Shown here: piece by piece, positions 1-8,940 of the stretch
How positions within the stretch are numbered: position 1 is the stretch's first letter
How the letters are laid out: each line of letters begins with the position of its first letter
Notes under the pieces: model-generated
The model's input: the letters and a program-made list of their open reading frames with translations, nothing else
Told to the model about the DNA's origin: nothing
The model's database searches: none
Source: a virus
Direction: 5' to 3' (one strand)
IMG/VR virus record: IMGVR_UViG_3300045282_000112
Coordinates: 1-64,000 of that record
Length of the DNA stretch: 64,000 nucleotides
Position numbers and translations under genes: made by a program

Positions 1-286
1 CAGGCAAATTACTCATTATGCGTAATTTGCCTCCGAACCGTTCGGCAACTTGCATGAACCTATTAGCCTGTTGTTGGCTCATCTCGAACTCTGCTTCTAT
101 CCACGGCAGGAAGTTGCCGTGCCCGATCTCCTCCTTGACCATGAGTAGTTCGCGACCGATGTCCAACACGTCCTCTGCGCTGCGCTTTAACTTTGCCTTG
201 ATGCGTTCCGCCGCCGCGCGCACGCTCTCACGCACACCCGGCTTGATGGCGGCATAGTTGAACTTTCCCATAATAATGATTTCCAT
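1..286 (-). CDS. DUF3102-like phage protein, N-terminal part (runs off window edge)
   Basis: Not in ORF track because it is open at the edge. Manual translation from ATG 286 (GGAGG upstream): MEIIIMGKFNYAAIKPGVRESVRAAAERIKAKLKRSAEDVLDIGRELLMVKEEIGHGNFLPWIEAEFEMSQQQANRFMQVAERFGGKLRIMSNLP. The IG..L..K...HG.F..W...EF.MS...A.RFM.VA pattern is characteristic of DUF3102. Confidence 0.8.
   Translation of the reverse strand, partial: MEIIIMGKFNYAAIKPGVRESVRAAAERIKAKLKRSAEDVLDIGRELLMVKEEIGHGNFLPWIEAEFEMSQQQANRFMQVAERFGGKLRIMSNLP
3..31. repeat. Palindrome GGCAAATTAC-N9-GTAATTTGCC inside DUF3102 gene (second copy at 40958-40988)
   Basis: Perfect 10-bp inverted arms; positions 1-31 match 40958-40988 at 30/31 nt. 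Confidence 0.9.
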
Positions 287-354
287 TGCTCTGGCCTCCA
301 CAAGAGATCGGGGTGACTTGCGCCACCCCGACCAATTGCTCTACATGCCTTCAG

Positions 355-1440
355 TTACTCGGCGGCTTCGGCTTGCTCGTCCTCCTCCAGCTCAGTCGCG
401 TCATCGACCTCGACAAAGCGGGGGAAGTGATCGTGCAGCTTGAAGTTCTCCGAGAAGCTATCCTCCCCCAAAACGAAGGCGTTGGATGCCCGAATAAGGA
501 ATGCCAACGTAATCATCTGGTTGAAGCGCTTGGCGTAGGCGTTCGACTTCTGCGCCTTCTTCGACGCCTCAAGGTTCTTGAGCAACAGCGCATGCAACTG
601 AGCGACCGGCGCGGACGCCTGCTCCGGGTTGGACAACCCGGTCCAGAACTCGTCCATCCGCTCCTCGCCATACAACTGAAGCTGCCGGTAAGCCACGAAC
701 GTCGCGACCTCCTTGTGCTTCACGAGCGTGACGCCGGGCCGATAACCTTCAGAATTGACCGCCGTTGCGACCGCGATCAGATCAGGGTTACTGTTGATGA
801 AGTCGATGATCTGGACCTTCGTCAACGTCGGCATCTTCAGGCGCTTCAGCCCCTTGCCCGCGATGGCATAAGCCTCGATGTCGTAATCGTGGCCGATCTG
901 CACCGCCTTGCCCATGACCGTAGCGTGGCCGTTGAAGCCTGCCGTGCGCAGGACATCAGAGACCGTGCGGGTCTTGCCGTTGTCGTAATAGGCAAAGAGT
1001 TGCGGGTCGTTGGAGACGCCATCGGCGACGATGTAGTTCGGGAATGAGGCACCGCCAAAAAGGCAGGCCCAAGCCCGATGCTGCAAGTTCATCGCCCGAC
1101 CATCATCATTGACGACAATGGTCTCTCCGGTGCGTGGCCAATCGCCATCCTGCATATAGCGGGCGTAGCGCTTGACCGTAGCGAGGCTCGGCTTGCGATT
1201 ACCGGAGTTGCGGATGAGCAGCAGCTCACAAAGCTGCGGCTCAACGTCATACCAACCGCTCTCAAGGGGCAACTTGTCCTGCGGCTGGGTCTTCGCCCAA
1301 GCTTCAAACTCCTCAACGGCGTTGGAGAAGTCTGATGGGGTAGCCCGGTCCAGATCAAGGGCGAACTGCGGCTTCCAGTCCGTCCTCCACGCTGTGCTCG
1401 AAAGCAGCAACGCGTTAAGCGTCGTCTTCTCTTTGGGCAT
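355..1440 (-). CDS. ParB/Srx-like N-terminal domain protein
   Basis: Start moved to ATG 1440 (AGGAGG RBS). NRKPS..TVKRYARYM..GDW..TGETI....DGRAMNLQHR resembles the phage ParB-like NR...V..YA.DM..G.W...GE.I.....G.L.DGQHR signature. Confidence 0.6.
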   Translation of the reverse strand: MPKEKTTLNALLLSSTAWRTDWKPQFALDLDRATPSDFSNAVEEFEAWAKTQPQDKLPLESGWYDVEPQLCELLLIRNSGNRKPSLATVKRYARYMQDGDWPRTGETIVVNDDGRAMNLQHRAWACLFGGASFPNYIVADGVSNDPQLFAYYDNGKTRTVSDVLRTAGFNGHATVMGKAVQIGHDYDIEAYAIAGKGLKRLKMPTLTKVQIIDFINSNPDLIAVATAVNSEGYRPGVTLVKHKEVATFVAYRQLQLYGEERMDEFWTGLSNPEQASAPVAQLHALLLKNLEASKKAQKSNAYAKRFNQMITLAFLIRASNAFVLGEDSFSENFKLHDHFPRFVEVDDATELEEDEQAEAAE

Positions 1441-1537
1441 GTGCCCTCCTATGTTGCCGTGCTCCAGAGCCTTCCGGTGGAAGGATGGAAGCTCCCGGCA
1501 ACGACCCAAATAAGCTATGCCATAAGCTTTGCAAGAA

Positions 1538-2449
1538 TTATTTCTCAGTGGCGGCAATAACCTTGGCAACGAAGTCGGTGCGTGGCTCGACCGCCTCCAC
1601 CTGCGCGTCGGTGTCACCGATGGCAAGCTTGGCGAGAGCCACTGCCTGCTGATACTGCGCCGGTTCCAGCATGTCGCGTGTCAGCACCGTGCGCACGTCG
1701 AACCAATGGCAGACGCGCTCGGCCTGCCGGTCCTCGCTCACACGCATGCAGCCCTCGGCGAACAGCGGCTCGCTGTCCTTGCCATCCGGGTAGAAGGGAA
1801 AGTTGATGCCGCTTTCCGCCAGCTCGCGACGCCCGGATGCCGTCTCGGCGGCCTTCCAGCAGAAGTTCAGGAAGCGCAAGCCATCGGCGACGGTCGGTGG
1901 CACGGGTGCAGTCCAACGCTCACACAGTCGTCCGAGAGCGTGCGAGCAGACATAAGCCAGCACCTCGGCGATGGACGCATCGTCGCGTGACGGCGTCACC
2001 CGGAACTCATGGCGCATCGCCTGCACGCCCTCCTCGCCGTGCTCGACCATGATCGCCAGCGGATGGGTCGTGGGTTCCAAGGTGATCAGGATCAGCGTGG
2101 CGTCGCGCGGCGCGCTGGAGAAACGCTTGCGCTCGGATCGCATGTGCATGGAGAAGCCGCGATCTTCCTGCGGGATCGCGTCGAACCAGCCCGACGCCTT
2201 GCGCAACAGCCCGATGCGGTTCTTGGGTCCACTCAGCTTGCCGAAGTCGCGCATGAGGAGATGGAAACCGTGCGGCCAGCGGGCCTCGCGCACGCTGATG
2301 TGCTTGGCATAGCGGTCGGCGTATTTGGGGCGCAGCGTGGAGACCATCTTGCTGGCTCCGATGCGTTCGCGCCGCTTCAGTTCACGTGAGACTTGTGCCG
2401 CGAACACGCGGCCTTCCGTAGAGATTTGATCCTTCACCGTCGCCTCCAT
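1538..2449 (-). CDS. hypothetical protein
   Basis: 303-aa ORF co-oriented in operon; no family recognised. Confidence 0.7.
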   Translation of the reverse strand: MEATVKDQISTEGRVFAAQVSRELKRRERIGASKMVSTLRPKYADRYAKHISVREARWPHGFHLLMRDFGKLSGPKNRIGLLRKASGWFDAIPQEDRGFSMHMRSERKRFSSAPRDATLILITLEPTTHPLAIMVEHGEEGVQAMRHEFRVTPSRDDASIAEVLAYVCSHALGRLCERWTAPVPPTVADGLRFLNFCWKAAETASGRRELAESGINFPFYPDGKDSEPLFAEGCMRVSEDRQAERVCHWFDVRTVLTRDMLEPAQYQQAVALAKLAIGDTDAQVEAVEPRTDFVAKVIAATEK

Positions 2450-2483
2450 AGAGTGATCCGCTCATATGGGGGCACAGCTTATA

Positions 2484-2909
2484 TTAGTCCACCTCCAATT
2501 CCACCGAAGCGCTCTTGAGTAGGCCCATGAACCACTCCCACTGCTTGTCGGTGAAGCTGACAACGGAGTAGACTTCGGCGCGGTCCTCAAGGCTGTCGAG
2601 GAAGCCCTTGGCCTTGGCGGACAGGTAGCAGCCCGACATGCGGATGCTGTGGACGAGGTCGCCGACATACTCGGCGTCGATAACCTGCTCTCTGACCGGG
2701 CGTGGCTTTGGCTTGGGCTGCGGTTGTGGCTGGGTGACGGGCACCGTGGTGAGCGTGGCGGTCAGGTCGTGCCAGTCACGCTCGGCGGCCCTCAGTGTGC
2801 GGGTGATCGCGGCGGCGGTCGCCGTCACCTCGCCAGCATGGTCAGACGAGAGCATCGGCAACAGCCGCGCCAACCGTTTGCACAACTCAACAGACAACGC
2901 CCGCGCCAA
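2484..2909 (-). CDS. hypothetical phage protein
   Basis: L.MLSSDHAGEV.A.A.AI.R.L.....DWHDL N-terminus, a pattern seen in alphaproteobacterial phage proteins; start uncertain. Confidence 0.65.
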   Translation of the reverse strand: MARALSVELCKRLARLLPMLSSDHAGEVTATAAAITRTLRAAERDWHDLTATLTTVPVTQPQPQPKPKPRPVREQVIDAEYVGDLVHSIRMSGCYLSAKAKGFLDSLEDRAEVYSVVSFTDKQWEWFMGLLKSASVELEVD

Positions 2910-2938
2910 CCTGTGCCCCCATATTGGCTCAACGTTTG

Positions 2939-3448
2939 TTATGCATGCGGGATCAGCAAGTGCAACATGTTACACGCCGCGTAGCCGGGAAACTCACGGT
3001 CGAGGCGGGCCGGGACCTTGTGGACGTTGCGTGCGATGATCGCGGTCGTGATGATGAAGGTGTCTTGGGTCTCTGCGAAGCGCTGAAAGAATTTGATCAA
3101 CAGCTGCACGCCGATGCGCAGGATGCCGTCCTGCACGCGCCGGTCATGGTGCTGCTCGGCGAGGAACGCAACGAGGCGCTCGGCCTTGCCGTCGAAGTTG
3201 GCACGCTGCGACAGCTTCCAATAGCTCTGCTCACGGGCATCGGCTAGACCGGCTGCCCGCATCTCGTCGGCAACAACCCTGAACACGCGCTTGCCTTCGG
3301 CCGAGGCGTCGCCGTTGATATTGACGTGCTTGGCTTCACCGCCCCACTCACCGAAGGCCATGAAGGCAGTGATCTTCTTGCGAACAGCATCGACCTCGCT
3401 GCGGGGCATTGCACGCAGCGAGGCGATCACGGCATCAGCGGTCGTCAT
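2939..3448 (-). CDS. hypothetical protein
   Basis: 169-aa ORF in operon. Confidence 0.7.
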   Translation of the reverse strand: MTTADAVIASLRAMPRSEVDAVRKKITAFMAFGEWGGEAKHVNINGDASAEGKRVFRVVADEMRAAGLADAREQSYWKLSQRANFDGKAERLVAFLAEQHHDRRVQDGILRIGVQLLIKFFQRFAETQDTFIITTAIIARNVHKVPARLDREFPGYAACNMLHLLIPHA

Positions 3449-3463
3449 TCAGCTCAGCCTTTC

Positions 3464-3691
3464 TCAGGCCGCAGCTCGTGCCGAGCCAGCGTGCTGCATA
3501 CGCAGCGAGCGGCGCTTGGTTGCCTTGTTGATACGTGACATGATCTGAGAAACACGCGCCTGTGTAATGCCGAGGAAGTCGGCAATTTCCACCTGACGGT
3601 AGCCCTGATTGTAGAGGGTGACGGCTTGCTTGCGCCTTGCCTCCGCGAGGTCGGCGCGTTCGTCCACCCGGTCGAGATTAAGTCGATACAT
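3464..3691 (-). CDS. helix-turn-helix protein (sigma-70 region 4-like)
   Basis: LYNQGYRQVEIADFLGITQARVSQIM is a typical HTH. Confidence 0.75.
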   Translation of the reverse strand: MYRLNLDRVDERADLAEARRKQAVTLYNQGYRQVEIADFLGITQARVSQIMSRINKATKRRSLRMQHAGSARAAA

Positions 3692-3731
3692 GGCCCTTGA
3701 AACTCCTGTTAGGCACCTTTCGTTGCCAAGG

Positions 3732-3759
3732 TATATATCGCAATATCAGCTATTTTCAA
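3732..3759 (-). promoter_or_regulatory. putative sigma-70 promoter of leftward operon
   Basis: Minus strand TTGAAA-N16-TATATA upstream of 3691; 9-bp inverted repeat TGTTGATGT-N9-ACATCAACA directly upstream (3762-3788). Confidence 0.45.
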
Positions 3760-4230
3760 TATGTTGATGTGACATAACGACATCAACACAATGACAGGTA
3801 TCGGCGGCTACAGCGTCACAGTCTTGGCGAGGTGATTTGATTGCATGGTTCCATGCCCTTCCGGCCGGGGAATTTTCGTCAAAAATTGCACGTTGGGTGC
3901 CAAAATGAAATTTCACATCAGGTCCTGCAATATCAACGACTTACAAGGTTTCGACCTTCTGCGCACATGACGCGCGCGATAAAGATATCTCTTACAGGTT
4001 AAGCTCGCTGCGCTCGCTTAACAGACCTACTCCACCTGCTGCTCGCTTCGCTCGCATCGTTGGAGTAGGTCTTGGAATAGGGTTGAAGAAAAGTAGGTTG
4101 GCTTCAGAGGATGAGGCTGGGGGTAGACTACCGCGCGCGCGACCCCCCCCCCTTGAAAATTAAGTTGCGCAGGAGGCTTGCAGGTCGCGCTCGACGAGCT
4201 TAGCTTGGCCGGTCTTTGGAGACCCCGACA

Positions 4231-5031
4231 ATGCCAGCGAGCAAATTGGAAACCGAACTCATCAAGATCACGAAAGTCGCACAAGCCGCAGGTGAGCCCC
4301 GTCCGAAGTATTTTCTCCGGCTGCTGCAGGAGGGCCAGAAAATCGAGACCGACCACTGGGAAGCGACGCTCTCAGCCGAGGCGCAACTCTGGTATAACCA
4401 AGCCGTCCAGCTTTACAGCGCGCACCACAATCCCAACGATATCAAAGAGTTTCCCGACTACGTGCCAACCTCGACGCGTGCCACGCTGGCACCTGAGCCA
4501 GAGCCTGAGACCGAAGACGCCGCGCCGGAAGAGACCGACGAGCCCGAGGATGCAGACGGCGGTGAAGGGCCCGAAGACGACGACGAGCCCGAAGACGACG
4601 GTGACGAAGACGCCGAGGATGAGGGTGTGACGGTCGTCGAGCCTGAGCCAGAGCCCGCCCCGTTGCAGGCTGCCACGACCAAGAAAACAACCCGCAAGCC
4701 TCCTCCCCCGAGGAAGCCGCCGCCCGCCGTCAAGACCCCTGCGAAGCCACGTCCAGCGGGTGGCATCAAGGCCAAGGACGCCAACGGCGAGTTGCTCGTG
4801 GCACCCTCGATCAGTCGTCCGCCGAAGCCCGCATCGCCGGGTGCCTCGACCATGATCAAGCGGCTGTTGCTGAAGGATATCAACATCAGCAACGCCGAGC
4901 TGATCGAGAAGCTGCGCGAGGAGAATATCCCGGTCACGTCGATCTCGGTATCGACGATCAGGTCCGATTTCCGGCACTCGCTGCGCGTGCTGCAGGAAGC
5001 GGGCTACTGCACAGAGATCGCCAATCCCTGA
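4231..5031 (+). CDS. hypothetical protein with acidic and Pro/Lys-rich linker and possible C-terminal HTH
   Basis: ATG 4231 with GGAG upstream; stop overlaps polymerase start. Confidence 0.75.
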   Translation: MPASKLETELIKITKVAQAAGEPRPKYFLRLLQEGQKIETDHWEATLSAEAQLWYNQAVQLYSAHHNPNDIKEFPDYVPTSTRATLAPEPEPETEDAAPEETDEPEDADGGEGPEDDDEPEDDGDEDAEDEGVTVVEPEPEPAPLQAATTKKTTRKPPPPRKPPPAVKTPAKPRPAGGIKAKDANGELLVAPSISRPPKPASPGASTMIKRLLLKDINISNAELIEKLREENIPVTSISVSTIRSDFRHSLRVLQEAGYCTEIANP

Positions 5032-7490
5032 TGGCGTTCCTTGCGCCGCCGAAAAAGCGCAGCAAGCAAGCGAGCCTGACCCCTGAAGAGATGATGGCAG
5101 CGGGCTGCGAAGGATGCCCGCTGCAAGCCGCACCGAAAGCGACACCGAGCGGTGCCGACCCGTGCGACGTTTACATTCTCGGTGAGGCTCCGGGTCAGCG
5201 CGAGGCGGATGTCGGCGAGCCGTTCGTCGGCCCGTCGGGTCGGCTGCTGAAGAGCATGATCCCCGCCGTGTGGAAGCCGACGGTGCGCTTCAACAACGTC
5301 ACGATGAGCTGGCCGCCGAAGGACAACAACGGCAAGCAGATGCCGCCGACGCCGACCGCCATGTGGCACTGTCACGGCTACTTGATCGAGGACATCGAGA
5401 AATCGAAGCCGCGCGCGATCTTCGGCTTCGGTGCCACGGCGCTGCTGGCAATGACCGGGCAGCGTGGCATCAAGGCGCTCGCCGGGCGGCACATGCCGAT
5501 CACGGTCGGCAGCCACGTCTGCTGGTATTTTCCCTTCGTCCACCCCGCCTCGATCCTGCACGCCCGCGAGAAGGACCAAGACGGGCTGAAGGCGGCGCTG
5601 CGGCGGCAGATCGCGGCGTCCTTCGCGCTGGTCGACACGCTGCCTGCGCCACGCGTGGAAGGAACCGACGAGGCGCAGGCAGGCGTGCGGACGCTGCTCG
5701 ACGCCGAGCAGGCTATCGAGTGGCTGCACCGTGCGTCGTCGCTGGATCGAGTAGGCATCGATTACGAGACGACCGGGCTGTCACCTTATGCGACGGGGGC
5801 ACGCCTGCTCAGCGTCGCGTTTGCAACGGCCGAGGAGGCGGTGGCGTTCCCGCTCGACCACCGGGCCAGCCCATGGACCGAAAACGAGCGTAGCGCCATC
5901 TACGGGGCACTGCGCGCGGTTCTGGAAGCGCCGGTCCTCAAGGTGGCGCACAACGCGTCGTTCGAAATGCTCTGGAGCCTGAGCCGCTTCGGCAAGCGGG
6001 CGGCGCGGCACCGGCTGTGGGCCGACACGCTGGCGCAAGCCTTCCTGCTCGACGGGCAGCCGGGCGCGCACAGCCTCGACCACCTCTGCCAAGAGCATTT
6101 CGGGCTGGCGCTGAAGTCGGTGTCGGACCTCGACGTGACCAACCTCGACAACGAGCCGCTGCACGAGGTGCTGATCTACAACGGCATGGACGCCAAATAC
6201 TGCCTGCGGCTGTTTGAACAGCAACGGCAAGCCATCGTCGACGAGGGACTGCAGCGCGTCTATGACCACCACATGGCGCGCGTCGCCGCGCTGGTGCGTG
6301 TGCAACACGCCGGTCTGCCGGTCGACCCGACGGTCAACGCCACGCTCGCCGCAAGCTACCATGCCCAGCTCAAGAGCATCGGCAGGAAGCTGGCGCAGCT
6401 GCCCGAGGTGCAGGCGTTCGAAGCGGACGGCAAGGAGTTCAACCCGGCTGCGCCGAGGCACGTGGCGAAGATACTCGGCATCGACACGTCGAAGCCGTTC
6501 ACGACCAACGTCACGGCGCTCACCGCGCTGCACTCGCATCCTGCCAAGCTGGTGTTGAAGCGGCGCGGCCTTGCCAAGATGCTGTCCACCTACATCGAGC
6601 CATTCGGGCCCGGCGGCGGGCTGGTGCACGGCGGCAAGATACACCCGGTCATCGGCACCACGGGGACGGTGACATGGCGGACCAACAGCCAGAGCCCGAA
6701 CATCCAGAATTTCCCCAAGCGGGCCGAGCGGCACAGGGCGATCCGCAGCCAGATCGTGGCACCGTCGGGCTGCAGCATGCTGTGCGTCGACTACTCCTCG
6801 ATACAGGCGAGGAACGTCGCCATGGAGAGCCGCGACCCGACGCTGGTGCGCTACTTCATCGATCACTACGACATGCATCAGGATTGGTCGGAGCGCATCC
6901 AGCGTCGCATCCCCGGCTGGGCCAAGAAGCGTGACCAGAAGACGCTGCGCAACTGCGCCAAGAATGAACTGGTGTTCCCGTTATTTTTTGGCGCGCAGCC
7001 AGCCTCAGTGGCAGGCTACCTCGGCGTTCAGGTCAAGCATGGATACAAGCTCTACGACGAGTTCTGGCACGAGTTTCCCGAGATCAGGGTATGGCACCAT
7101 AAGCTGCACCGCTTCTATGACCGGCACCACTACGTGACCGGGCTGAGTGGCTTCCGGCGGCATGCGCCGATCACCGACAACGAGCTGGCCGCCGCACCGA
7201 TCCAAGCCGACGAGGTGTTCTTGGTCTGCGAGGCGCTGATCCGGCTGTCGCAATACGAAGACGATGCATTGCAACCCGTCATGATGATCCACGACGATCT
7301 CAGCTTCATCATCCCAAACCAGCGTCTAAACGAATGTGTTGACATTATACTGCATGAGATGCTTAGGTGCGAACACTTGTGGCTGAACGTGCCATTGGCT
7401 GTGGAAGTCAGCATCGGACAAGACTGGTGTAACTTGAGCAAAGTCGGACAATTCGAGAGCATGGGCGACGGCGGATACATTCAAATCTGA
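5031..7490 (+). CDS. family A DNA polymerase with N-terminal uracil-DNA glycosylase (family 4-like) and 3'-5' exonuclease domains
   Basis: UDG: CEGC, GEAPG..E, GEPFVGPSG, HPA. Exonuclease: DYETTG, HNASFE, YNGMD. Polymerase: PNIQNFP, DYSSIQ, R..AK, PIQ, IHDD. Confidence 0.92.
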   Translation: MAFLAPPKKRSKQASLTPEEMMAAGCEGCPLQAAPKATPSGADPCDVYILGEAPGQREADVGEPFVGPSGRLLKSMIPAVWKPTVRFNNVTMSWPPKDNNGKQMPPTPTAMWHCHGYLIEDIEKSKPRAIFGFGATALLAMTGQRGIKALAGRHMPITVGSHVCWYFPFVHPASILHAREKDQDGLKAALRRQIAASFALVDTLPAPRVEGTDEAQAGVRTLLDAEQAIEWLHRASSLDRVGIDYETTGLSPYATGARLLSVAFATAEEAVAFPLDHRASPWTENERSAIYGALRAVLEAPVLKVAHNASFEMLWSLSRFGKRAARHRLWADTLAQAFLLDGQPGAHSLDHLCQEHFGLALKSVSDLDVTNLDNEPLHEVLIYNGMDAKYCLRLFEQQRQAIVDEGLQRVYDHHMARVAALVRVQHAGLPVDPTVNATLAASYHAQLKSIGRKLAQLPEVQAFEADGKEFNPAAPRHVAKILGIDTSKPFTTNVTALTALHSHPAKLVLKRRGLAKMLSTYIEPFGPGGGLVHGGKIHPVIGTTGTVTWRTNSQSPNIQNFPKRAERHRAIRSQIVAPSGCSMLCVDYSSIQARNVAMESRDPTLVRYFIDHYDMHQDWSERIQRRIPGWAKKRDQKTLRNCAKNELVFPLFFGAQPASVAGYLGVQVKHGYKLYDEFWHEFPEIRVWHHKLHRFYDRHHYVTGLSGFRRHAPITDNELAAAPIQADEVFLVCEALIRLSQYEDDALQPVMMIHDDLSFIIPNQRLNECVDIILHEMLRCEHLWLNVPLAVEVSIGQDWCNLSKVGQFESMGDGGYIQI

Positions 7491-7493
7491 AGT

Positions 7494-8015
7494 GTGTGGA
7501 GAATGAACAAATGGGTCAGACGCATGGTTGAACGCGCGCGCATGAGCAACGGACCAGCGGCACGCCACGAGCCGACACTCTCCGAGCTGGAGGCGGCGCT
7601 GCCAATCGATACCCTAAACCTCATCGAAGTGGGGAGCCAGCAGGCAGAACTGTTCTACCGGGTCGCCAAGCTGCTCGCTGGGCTGCACGCGCAGCGCGAC
7701 AAGCTGCTGCTCGAAAAGGAGGAAGCCGAGGCGCAGGCGCGCTCGGATATACGTGACAGCCTCACCGACAGGAAGCTGACCGTTGCCGACATGGAGGCTG
7801 GCGTCAAGCTGAACCCCGACGTGCGCCACCTCGCCCAACGGCTGCTTGGGGTGCACGAAAACATCGGCGCGGTGCACGCGCTGAAGGACGCATACGTGCA
7901 ACGTAAGAGTTCGCTCACCGACTTGGTTGAGCTGCAGCGACAGGTGGGGGCTGCAATCGATCCCGCCGTAGTCAAGACTGCAATGACAGAACACCGCAGA
8001 ACATACAGGAGATAG
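7494..8015 (+). CDS. coiled-coil protein, possibly UvsY-like recombination mediator
   Basis: Helical ~160 aa (LTVADMEAGV..NPDV...A...RKSSL..LV.L); position next to SSB and RecA. Confidence 0.45.
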   Translation: MWRMNKWVRRMVERARMSNGPAARHEPTLSELEAALPIDTLNLIEVGSQQAELFYRVAKLLAGLHAQRDKLLLEKEEAEAQARSDIRDSLTDRKLTVADMEAGVKLNPDVRHLAQRLLGVHENIGAVHALKDAYVQRKSSLTDLVELQRQVGAAIDPAVVKTAMTEHRRTYRR

Positions 8016-8019
8016 GCAA

Positions 8020-8940
8020 GTGCCAAGCCACCACGACAATCAGCAACGACCCCGCTTCCAGTATCAGGAGCGGACGCCAGACATGATGCAGGCGCGCCTT
8101 GAGCGTGCCAACCGCTTCGACAGCATCTACAAGGCAGGCTACCCGACATGGAAGCCGAAGCAGGGTGACAACCTCATCCGCTTCCTGCCGCCGACGTGGC
8201 CGAAGCCAGACCATTACGGCTACAGTGCGTGGACGCACGGCTGGATAGGCCCGGATCAGGGCTCCTATCTGTGCCTCTACAAGATGCAGAAGAAGCCATG
8301 CCCGATCTGTGTAATGGCACAGAAGTTCAAGGCGGCAGGCGACGAGGAGGAGGCACGCCATCACAACGCATCGGAGCGTGTGGTGACATGGGTCCTCGAC
8401 CGTGACGGCGACGACTCCTACAAGCCGCTGCTGTTCAACATGTCGGGGACGATGGACCGCGAGATACTCGCGCTCTGCCGCGACCGCCGCAACAACGCGG
8501 TGATCTGGGTCGACAACCCCGATGAGGGCTTCGACGTGTCGTTCCAGCGCACCGGGTCGGGCAAGATCGGCACCAAATACGGGGCCTACCTGATCGCCCG
8601 TGATCCATCGCCGCTCAGCCCGGATCGCCGTGTGCAGAACGGCATCCTCGACTACATCGAAGACAATCCGTTGCCCGACATCCTGCAGTATTACCCGGCC
8701 GACTACATCCAGCGTGCGATGCTCGCGGGCGCTGAACCGGAGCAAGAGCGTGAGCTGGTGTCAAGGCCGACGACACGCAGCCTGCGCCGCGCCGACCCTT
8801 ACGACGAAGGTGTCACGACCGAGACCGACACCGAGGCCGCCACTGAGGACGACGACTACAATTACGCGGGGCTGACCGGCGGCAAGCCCGAGCCGCAGCC
8901 ACCACGGCGCACGCCGCGCGCCACGCTGCGTCCGCGCTAG
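8020..8940 (+). CDS. T4 gp32-like single-stranded DNA-binding protein
   Basis: WKPKQGDNLIRFLPP; H...C...CPIC zinc site; G.D..F.RTG; acidic C-terminal region. Confidence 0.75.
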   Translation: MPSHHDNQQRPRFQYQERTPDMMQARLERANRFDSIYKAGYPTWKPKQGDNLIRFLPPTWPKPDHYGYSAWTHGWIGPDQGSYLCLYKMQKKPCPICVMAQKFKAAGDEEEARHHNASERVVTWVLDRDGDDSYKPLLFNMSGTMDREILALCRDRRNNAVIWVDNPDEGFDVSFQRTGSGKIGTKYGAYLIARDPSPLSPDRRVQNGILDYIEDNPLPDILQYYPADYIQRAMLAGAEPEQERELVSRPTTRSLRRADPYDEGVTTETDTEAATEDDDYNYAGLTGGKPEPQPPRRTPRATLRPR

